In this document: one piece after another, positions 8,950 through 14,805 of the stretch
Position numbering within the stretch: the first letter of the stretch is position 1
How the letters are laid out: the number at the start of each line of letters is the position of its first letter
Assembly (NCBI GenBank): GCA_964480835.1
Contig: CAYZRL010000001.1
Coordinates: forward strand, 1-49,531
Direction: 5' to 3'
Length of the DNA stretch: 49,531 nt
From: an uncultured Gammaproteobacteria bacterium
Lineage (GTDB): Bacteria > Patescibacteriota > Microgenomatia > UBA1406 > GWC2-37-13
The notes under the pieces: model-generated
The model's database searches: none
The model's input: the letters and a program-made list of their open reading frames with translations, nothing else
What the model was told of the DNA's origin: nothing
Position numbers and translations under genes: made by a program

Positions 8950-9822
8950 CTATAAGCCTAACAGGAAATCAAGTGTCTTTTGCTTCCGCAGGAGTGCGGC
9001 GTAGAAGTAGGCATTCTGCATAGCTGCAGCTTTTTCCTTTTCGTCTTTTATCGATCCAAATAGCTTCTCGAGCTCTTCATTCTCAACCGAGATACCTTCT
9101 TTTTCAGCAATCTCATTGAGAATGAACTCGAGACTGTGCGTCTCAACGATCTCGCGGAGAAGCTGCTCTCGAAGCTGCTCCATGGTTAAGTTCTTTGACT
9201 GGAGATAGGTTTCGGTCGTCATGCCGAGCTTCTGGATGTCGTCGATGAGCCGTGAAAGCCTCCCATTGAGCTCTTCTTCAAGGATGAAGTCCGAGATCTC
9301 GATTGTCGAGGACTTCAAAAGCGAAGTAAGCATCTCGTTGAGAAGCTCCTGCTGTAGTCTGGATTTCTCTTTATCATCAGGCTGTTTGATGTCTGAACCG
9401 GGAGTCCAGATATCTGCCTTCTTTTTGGCATTCTTCACTTCAGTAAGTTCCTTTTTGTAGTCGCCAAGTGTAACCGTTGGTCGCTCTGCGAGTGTGAAAA
9501 CGAGCTCCCATGGCTCCTGATCCTTTGCCTTTTTCAAATCTACACGAGGTGAAACTACCGGCTTAAGATCTTCCTTTTTGACAATCTCTGCATAGAGATC
9601 GGGGAAGAGCGTTCTAATAATCTGTTGATAGATGGCTTCACGCTTGATATGTTTTTCTCCAAGGGCTTTGGGTGCCTTGCCTTTTCGATATCCTTCTACC
9701 TCAAGGTCGGCGAGTAGGGTCTGGAACGCTTTCTCAGACTCTTTCTCTATCGTTGCCCACGGAATATTGACAGTAATTTCGAACGTTCCTTTCGGGAGTT
9801 TTTTTACGGAATGCGTGTACAT
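8950..9822 (-). CDS. tig: trigger factor, short form apparently lacking the FKBP PPIase domain
   Basis: The N-terminal ribosome-binding domain carries the GYRKGKAP signature (GFRxGxxP). It is about 290 aa against the usual ~430 aa. The ATG at 9822 is preferred over GTG 9831, with TATAAT 10 nt upstream. Confidence 0.8.
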   Translation of the reverse strand: MYTHSVKKLPKGTFEITVNIPWATIEKESEKAFQTLLADLEVEGYRKGKAPKALGEKHIKREAIYQQIIRTLFPDLYAEIVKKEDLKPVVSPRVDLKKAKDQEPWELVFTLAERPTVTLGDYKKELTEVKNAKKKADIWTPGSDIKQPDDKEKSRLQQELLNEMLTSLLKSSTIEISDFILEEELNGRLSRLIDDIQKLGMTTETYLQSKNLTMEQLREQLLREIVETHSLEFILNEIAEKEGISVENEELEKLFGSIKDEKEKAAAMQNAYFYAALLRKQKTLDFLLGL

Positions 9823-9832
9823 AAGGATCACT

Positions 9833-9838
9833 ATTATA
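9833..9838 (-). promoter_or_regulatory. -10 box (TATAAT) 10 nt upstream of the tig ATG 9822
   Basis: The minus strand reads GTTATAAT-AGTGATCCTT-ATG. Confidence 0.4.
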
Positions 9839-10412
9839 ACGAAATATTCTCAGCCTGTAAACTGGCTTCTTCCATGCTCTCAAATTCATGGATGAACCGC
9901 TCGACACGAACTGACCACGTAGGGCTCGCTGCGTATTTGCTACCAATCGCATCAATGGTGTCAGCACCACGATCAATATAGTCGTAGCGAAGACCTTTTC
10001 CGACGGTCTGGATTGCGTCTGCCCATGTAGGGAACATGATATAGCCTCCACCCCATCCAAACGGATTATTCGAGCCAGGGTACGTAAACTGACCAAAGCT
10101 CGACTCCAATCGCGTAATTGACGGCAGGAGGTAACAGTTGAGGTTATAGCTTGTACAGGTAGCCATAAATGAATCCACCGATCCTGCGAGCGGGGAGTGG
10201 TTCGCCTCAAGTACCTTTGTAAGCACTCTTCGTTTGACGATAAGATCCTGTGCGGTATCTCTATGGGATACTATATTTACATTCGTATTTGAAGGCACTG
10301 CAATGAGAGCAGCCGATGATCCCGCCTCCAACTTCTGCGCATGCGCAGAAGGCGTAAAGATCATTAAGACCGTTAGAAAGGACAAAAACAAGTTTAGTGT
10401 TTTCATACCCAT
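9834..10412 (-). CDS. secreted GH73-like peptidoglycan hydrolase, paralog B
   Basis: Signal peptide ending in SAHA-QK. ITRLESSFGQFTYPGSNNPFGWGGGY matches the GH73 ES..G / NN.FG pattern. It is a paralog of 7717..8292. Confidence 0.55.
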   Translation of the reverse strand: MGMKTLNLFLSFLTVLMIFTPSAHAQKLEAGSSAALIAVPSNTNVNIVSHRDTAQDLIVKRRVLTKVLEANHSPLAGSVDSFMATCTSYNLNCYLLPSITRLESSFGQFTYPGSNNPFGWGGGYIMFPTWADAIQTVGKGLRYDYIDRGADTIDAIGSKYAASPTWSVRVERFIHEFESMEEASLQAENISL

Positions 10413-10462
10413 AAAAAAAGATCCTAAAGCTTTTCAGCGCTTGGCGAAAAACCTTAGGATCT
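10413..10462 (-). terminator. intrinsic-terminator-like hairpin (17-bp stem plus U7) forming the whole 5' leader of gene 9834..10412; candidate attenuator
   Basis: The minus strand reads AGATCCTAAGGTTTTTC-GCCAAGCGCT-GAAAAGCTTTAGGATCT followed by TTTTTTT and then ATG at 10412. Confidence 0.55.
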
Positions 10463-10469
10463 GAAGAGA

Positions 10470-10498
10470 ATTATAGCATGTTACTACAGGTCTGTCAA
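10470..10498 (-). promoter_or_regulatory. perfect consensus sigma70 promoter (TTGACA-17-TATAAT)
   Basis: On the minus strand, TTGACA lies at 10498-10493 and TATAAT at 10475-10470. The predicted start falls at about 10463, the first base of the hairpin. Confidence 0.6.
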
Positions 10499-10604
10499 GG
10501 GGGTATTTTTACGACTTATAGCTAAATCGGAAAACGAAGCTAATCAGCCTCAGATAGCCTCGAACAAATAGCGAAAACATATGCGGTTGATCGAAGAAAA
10601 AATG

Positions 10605-10678
10605 CGCGAATGACGGGACTCGAACCCGCAACCCCTTCCGTGACAGGGAAGTGCTCTAACCAATTGAGCTACATCCGC
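10605..10678 (-). tRNA. tRNA-Asp (anticodon GTC)
   Basis: Reverse complement is GCGGATG-TA-GCTCAATTGGTTAGAGC-A-CTTCC-CTGTCAC-GGAAG-...-GGTTCGAGTCC-...CATTCGC-G. CCA is not encoded. Confidence 0.9.
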
Positions 10679-10918
10679 AATGTTAAATCGTAGCGAATTT
10701 GAAAGCCGAGAGGCTTTATCAATTGTTCCGATAGCAAAGCCATCGAGAATCCTCGATCTCCGACATTGTCGGTATCGGGAGGATACATCCGCTCGTGCAA
10801 ACTATTTCGCAACTCGTACCGAAATCGACCTACCTATTACTAAAGCAATAAGTACATTTTTTCGCCTGCAAGGTCAATTATACACAATTTCGAATCATTG
10901 TTTCGCGTAATCCCGGTG

Positions 10919-11416
10919 CTAACTTATTATTTTTACCCACGTTGAAAATGGACTAATATATCCTAGCTTACGCAGTAGCCGTTGCATAGGCTCGTTATAT
11001 GTATAAATACGTCCATCGAGTCGCTTTACACCATTATTTTTTGCATACTCTTCAATAGCTCCAATAAGCGCCTGAGCAATACCCATATTTCTGTAGTTTT
11101 TTACTATGTATATATCGTCGATATATAAAGTTTGACGATGAGTAAAAAAATAGCCCAATTTATTAATATACGCGACAATTAATCCTACCGATTTATCATC
11201 CATTTCTGCGATAAGAATTGAGCCACTGTTGTTTTTCAGACTCTTAATGTAAAACTCCTCTGATTCAAACGATACCAATCGTTCTTTGTCGAGCAATTCC
11301 GGCACATTTTTCGCATGCTCTTCCCATGAATCGACCAGTGACTTTCTTATAAACGTGAGATCTTCTAGAACCGCCATCCGTATTGTGAGTTTATGATTTA
11401 TTGATTTCATCTTCAT
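10919..11416 (-). CDS. GNAT-family N-acetyltransferase
   Basis: Acetyl-CoA motif A is VKNYRNMGIAQALIGAIEEYAKNNG (R-x-x-G-x-A). ORF 10919..11542 extends further upstream. The ATG at 11416 gives a typical ~165-aa GNAT and has TATAAT 25 nt upstream, so the start is uncertain. Confidence 0.7.
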   Translation of the reverse strand: MKMKSINHKLTIRMAVLEDLTFIRKSLVDSWEEHAKNVPELLDKERLVSFESEEFYIKSLKNNSGSILIAEMDDKSVGLIVAYINKLGYFFTHRQTLYIDDIYIVKNYRNMGIAQALIGAIEEYAKNNGVKRLDGRIYTYNEPMQRLLRKLGYISPFSTWVKIIS

Positions 11417-11592
11417 CGCAGAAGCACTACTCCTACCTGGCATTATATCAACTAAAACTAGTAATGAAAAAGTTTTTGCGGTGTGGGATCGTCGGAATGA
11501 AATATTAAGTCGAACAATGTTGGACAATATGAATGGTATCATTTCATAGTCACGATCATTTTGCAGTAGGTAAACCGTTTTGATTGTCCTAA

Positions 11593-11601
11593 TGCTATAA
11601 T
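11593..11601 (+). promoter_or_regulatory. extended -10 box (TGCTATAAT) 5 nt upstream of ATG 11607
   Basis: Sequence reads TGCTATAAT-ACGGT-ATG. Confidence 0.45.
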
Positions 11602-11606
11602 ACGGT

Positions 11607-11882
11607 ATGTCAGCGGAACACGGTCACAAAGCACATGGTCCAAAAGAAAACTATCCCGAGATGGTCGGTCGCCAACTCCAAACGCTTGGTATTGTTGCGC
11701 TTGCGACAACCGCACTCGCAAAGTCACTTGAAAAGTTCTTCCCGTATGCGGTTCTTCTTGAAGCGGGAGCAATATTACTCCGGATCTTTGGCGCACATAA
11801 GCGAAAACATCCCGAAAAACATGGGTTCTTCCGACGTCGAGCTATTGTAGAAGCATCGGCTGGCGGTGGGGGACATCACTAA
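11607..11882 (+). CDS. small His-rich membrane protein (hypothetical)
   Basis: 91 aa with two hydrophobic helices. His clusters are HGHKAHG, HKRKHPEKHG and C-terminal GGGGHH. The promoter sits at leaderless distance. Confidence 0.5.
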   Translation: MSAEHGHKAHGPKENYPEMVGRQLQTLGIVALATTALAKSLEKFFPYAVLLEAGAILLRIFGAHKRKHPEKHGFFRRRAIVEASAGGGGHH

Positions 11883-11891
11883 CGCATCCGT

Positions 11892-11919
11892 GCGACATGT
11901 CCATGTGACATGGTAAAAT
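11892..11919 (+). promoter_or_regulatory. candidate tRNA-Val promoter (GCGACA-16-TGgTAAAAT)
   Basis: The extended -10 TGGTAAAAT ends 9 nt before the mature tRNA 5' end. The -35 is weak. Confidence 0.35.
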
Positions 11920-11928
11920 TACAGTACT

Positions 11929-12005
11929 GGACTCGTAGCTCAGTTGGCTAGAGCGTTGCATTGACATTGCAAAGGTCACAGGTTCAAGTCCTGTCGGGTC
12001 CACCA
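11929..12005 (+). tRNA. tRNA-Val (anticodon GAC), CCA encoded
   Basis: GGACTCG-TA-GCTCAGTTGGCTAGAGC-G-TTGCA-TTGACAT-TGCAA-AGGTC-ACAGGTTCAAGTCCTGT-CGGGTCC-A-CCA. Confidence 0.92.
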
Positions 12006-12118
12006 ACTTCCATTCTTTTATTCATCTCGGTCTCGTAAGCGTCGTGTATATTCGTCATGTTGAAGTAATTCCGACGATCCAAAGCGCGTGTTATGTAGCA
12101 TATAAGCGACTGACAAAT

Positions 12119-12144
12119 ATTACACTCTATCGATAGAGTGTAAT
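12119..12144. promoter_or_regulatory. 26-bp perfect palindrome (core TACACTCTATCGATAGAGTGTA) abutting ATG 12145; candidate operator overlapping a leaderless promoter
   Basis: ATTACACTCTATC|GATAGAGTGTAAT. It contains the -10-like TAGAGT 5 nt before the ATG, and CTGACA lies 18 bp upstream. Confidence 0.6.
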
Positions 12145-12582
12145 ATGACACATAATTCACGTAAACCACTTCGAACAAGTACCCGAGAAAAATTATTTCA
12201 CATTTTCTACGAACTCCTCGGAAGTCAGAAGTCAGAATCTCAATTTACAAACTTAATTTCAGAGCTCTTCACTCCCGCAGAGCAGATTATGTTTGCAAAA
12301 CGAATAGCAATCCTATACCTCATACAAAAACGGATCGATCACGCTACGATCCGTAGCGTATTACACGTATCGATGTCGTCGATCTCCCGATATATTCTCT
12401 TACTGGAAAATAGCGAGCACTTAGCGCCGAAACTACAAACTATGGCGAATGTCGATTCTCTCAAACTGTTTTTTGAACAGCTCATATCTGAACTGCTTCC
12501 GCCTGGGGCTCCTATGGTTAACTGGGGTTCGGCGTGGAAAAGAAAAAACAGAATCGCGATTGAAAAGAAGGAAGGTTTGTAA
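12145..12582 (+). CDS. TrpR/YerC-like helix-turn-helix DNA-binding protein
   Basis: ELFTPAEQIMFAKRIAILYLIQKRIDHATIRSVLHVSMSSISRY resembles the YerC/TrpR-like LTPxE..M.A.R......L..G.sy..I....gvS.aTIsR region. Confidence 0.55.
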   Translation: MTHNSRKPLRTSTREKLFHIFYELLGSQKSESQFTNLISELFTPAEQIMFAKRIAILYLIQKRIDHATIRSVLHVSMSSISRYILLLENSEHLAPKLQTMANVDSLKLFFEQLISELLPPGAPMVNWGSAWKRKNRIAIEKKEGL

Positions 12583-12612
12583 TTTCTACACTCTATCGAT
12601 AGAGTGTAGAAA
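12583..12612. promoter_or_regulatory. 30-bp perfect palindrome with the same 22-bp core, abutting ATG 12612; second candidate operator
   Basis: TTTCTACACTCTATC|GATAGAGTGTAGAAA. TAGAGT lies 6 nt before the ATG and TTGTAA lies 17 bp upstream. There is no T-tract after it. Confidence 0.6.
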
Positions 12613-13565
12613 TGCTTGCCGAAGATAACCTACAAGCACCTATAAGGCATAAAGGCTGTACAATAGGTGGTATGAGGTGGATATTTTATTCCGCATTTTT
12701 TATTGCAATGCTTCTCTTCGCTAACTTTTACCAGCTCCCAAACATCTGCGATAAGCCGCTCCCTTATACCGTAGGATTCATTGATAGTCGTTTTCAGCTC
12801 ACGAAAGGGGAAGTGGTGGATAGTATTCAAAAAGCAGAGCATGCATGGGAGCAGGCGGCGGGAATGAACTTGTTTGAGTACACCCCGAACGCAATAACTC
12901 CGATCACCGTTCAGATGGTGTATGACGAACGACAGGCAGTCACCTCACAGGTAACTGCTGAGCGAACTGGTGTCGATCAAGAGAAAACTTCACTACAACA
13001 AAAAATCGCGGACTTTAATGCTCGATCATCGGCGCTCGATGCAAAAGTGTCTGCATTTAATCAAAAAGTGCGGGATTGGAATCGACAACATGACCAAACA
13101 GAGGAGCAGTACAACAAACTCGTCGAGGAGCAAACCGCGCTCCAACAAGAATCGAACGCTCTGAATGCTGAGGCGCAACTGCTACAACTCAACACCAATA
13201 GTGTCAATGGAAGAATCGATCAACTCAACAGCAATATCAATACGCTTCAAACCATTGTCAAATCAAAACCTGAAGAGGGACTGTATGAGTCTGCGACGAA
13301 GACGATATCTATTTACTATCACATCGACAAGAACGAACTTGTGCATACCATTGCACACGAGCTCGGTCATGCGATTGGAATCGATCACCTTTCGAATCCG
13401 GATGCAATCATGTATGTACAGGTGAATAAAACACTCACACCAACCACCGACGATCTCCATGCGCTGAGTGTGGTATGCCGGAAAGAAACACCACTCCAAC
13501 GACTCCAGAACAAAGATTGGCAACAGCGCATGTTGAGGCTCTTTCGTGGTATACTTCCGGTATGA
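12612..13565 (+). CDS. membrane-anchored metzincin (matrixin-like) zinc metalloprotease with a ~110-aa coiled-coil insertion
   Basis: HELGHAIGIDH (HExxHxxGxxH) is followed by the Met-turn AIMY. An N-terminal TM helix is present. A Q/N/E-rich heptad segment (about nt 12924-13257) splits the catalytic fold. An alternative start is ATG 12672. Confidence 0.7.
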   Translation: MLAEDNLQAPIRHKGCTIGGMRWIFYSAFFIAMLLFANFYQLPNICDKPLPYTVGFIDSRFQLTKGEVVDSIQKAEHAWEQAAGMNLFEYTPNAITPITVQMVYDERQAVTSQVTAERTGVDQEKTSLQQKIADFNARSSALDAKVSAFNQKVRDWNRQHDQTEEQYNKLVEEQTALQQESNALNAEAQLLQLNTNSVNGRIDQLNSNINTLQTIVKSKPEEGLYESATKTISIYYHIDKNELVHTIAHELGHAIGIDHLSNPDAIMYVQVNKTLTPTTDDLHALSVVCRKETPLQRLQNKDWQQRMLRLFRGILPV

Positions 13566-13804
13566 ATAAGTACGAGAAGCGCCATCATGGACAAGGTGGA
13601 GAATACTCTTACGAAACCTCTCGGTTTCATGCGGTATGTGCGATTGTCGGTGCAGTATCCGCGACCATGGGATATCTGATTGCTCGACATCAACGCTTAC
13701 AACACCAGCGAAACCATTTCAGGGGCGAAGTTAATCAACATCACACACCCAGCGCTCCATCGTCATTCCCTCGCGCAGTTGGAAACCGCAGGTACGATAA
13801 GTAA
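13562..13804 (+). CDS. small His-rich single-TM protein (hypothetical)
   Basis: The ATG overlaps the metzincin stop (ATGA). 80 aa with one TM helix (FHAVCAIVGAVSATMGYLIA). His clusters are KRHHGQGG, HQRLQHQRNH and NQHH. It lies within track ORF 13475..13804. Confidence 0.35.
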   Translation: MNKYEKRHHGQGGEYSYETSRFHAVCAIVGAVSATMGYLIARHQRLQHQRNHFRGEVNQHHTPSAPSSFPRAVGNRRYDK

Positions 13805-13816
13805 TTTATTGCTTGT

Positions 13817-14797
13817 ATGCCATCAGTTGAAGGAAGAATTACCGGCGGAGACCCAAGAGCAAAGGCAGCGCGACTCGCCACGTATCAAGCGGAACGTCTG
13901 AAACAACGACCGCTTGAAAATCCAGACCTCAAAATCATAGAGTCATACCCACGACTTTTCACTCCTCTTCCAAGTGTTCGGTTCAATCCTTTTAGCGGAG
14001 AACTTCATCTCGCAACGTATGTTCCCGATCGAACGAATCCGGAAGCCTCTGTAAAACGGTGGTCCCGGTTTGGTGGTCTCGAAGAGCTAACCGGGGCAAC
14101 TGCGGAAATCATTGGACGATACAGTCCACCTAATGGAGACCTTGTAACGGCAACACAGGACCTGTTGGCATTCACACAAGAAAAAGGCGAAGCTTTTCGA
14201 TCTCGTTCCGTCCCCAGCGCAGAGCTCAATGTATTTATGGAAGAGGCGGGAGCTCTTCTCGATCGAAATGGTTTTCATCAACCCATTCTTCCACTAAAAG
14301 AGAAAGTTAAGAAACAGATTGTTGCAGGTCTCGGCCCCGATAGTCTCAACCGCAGAAATCCACTCATCGCTCGTACTCGACTCGCATCGGCTATTGTCAA
14401 ACTATGCATGCTCGAACAGATTCAGGACAACGTTGCGAAAAAATATCTTGAACTCTTCACCTATTTACTCCCAGAGTTTGACCTGGAGCGGGCAGTAGCT
14501 ACTGATATTCTCACCGAACTTCGTGATCCAGACTCCGAGCTTCAGCTTCTTCGAACAATGGGAAGCGACACGGAGTCACCGGTGAAATCGGCGCCATGGA
14601 GAGGCCCGCTTATGCGAGCGTACTTTGGAATGTTCGCAAATGGCAGGCGGTCGATCGATCGGCGATTCTTTGATGGAGAAGAGGCGTTACTTCGCCGAAT
14701 AGAGGATGAAGCGATCGCACGTTATAAACCCTACCTCATCGAGGGGGTTGTTCGGTCTATGGAGGACGGGACAAACGTCTACACCGATTCTGTATAA
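13817..14797 (+). CDS. hypothetical cytoplasmic protein (326 aa), no recognisable motif
   Basis: Long ORF with typical coding composition and no TM segment or signal peptide. It ends 8 nt before thrS. Confidence 0.55.
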   Translation: MPSVEGRITGGDPRAKAARLATYQAERLKQRPLENPDLKIIESYPRLFTPLPSVRFNPFSGELHLATYVPDRTNPEASVKRWSRFGGLEELTGATAEIIGRYSPPNGDLVTATQDLLAFTQEKGEAFRSRSVPSAELNVFMEEAGALLDRNGFHQPILPLKEKVKKQIVAGLGPDSLNRRNPLIARTRLASAIVKLCMLEQIQDNVAKKYLELFTYLLPEFDLERAVATDILTELRDPDSELQLLRTMGSDTESPVKSAPWRGPLMRAYFGMFANGRRSIDRRFFDGEEALLRRIEDEAIARYKPYLIEGVVRSMEDGTNVYTDSV

Positions 14798-14798
14798 T
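14791..14798 (+). promoter_or_regulatory. -10 box (TGTATAAT) 7 nt upstream of the thrS ATG 14806
   Basis: Sequence reads TGTATAAT-AGTACCT-ATG. The box overlaps the upstream stop codon. Confidence 0.45.
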
Positions 14799-14805
14799 AG
14801 TACCT

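Noticed and set aside
10680-10910. A 76-aa plus-strand ORF in the GNAT-tRNA-Asp spacer.
   Set aside because: It starts 2 nt from the tRNA-Asp gene and has no -10 box or ribosome-binding context. Its reading frame is simply the translation of consecutive hairpins. The region is treated as non-coding structured DNA or RNA.
12583-12612. The 30-bp palindrome considered as a plain Rho-independent terminator of the TrpR/YerC-like gene.
   Set aside because: No T-tract follows it. The identical 22-bp core also sits upstream of the regulator gene itself, where a terminator makes no sense. Both copies carry -10-like hexamers at leaderless distance from an ATG. An operator role is favoured, though some terminator activity cannot be excluded.
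11929-14797. A tRNA-Val-associated genomic island or integrated element.
   Set aside because: I found no integrase or recombinase gene and no direct repeat of the tRNA-Val 3' end downstream. Composition does not look obviously foreign by eye.
13817-14797. The 326-aa ORF considered as a split-off TGS/editing domain of the truncated ThrRS immediately downstream.
   Set aside because: It contains very few His residues and lacks the HxxxH and CxxxH motifs of the ThrRS N2/SAD editing domain. I saw no TGS-like beta-grasp signature.
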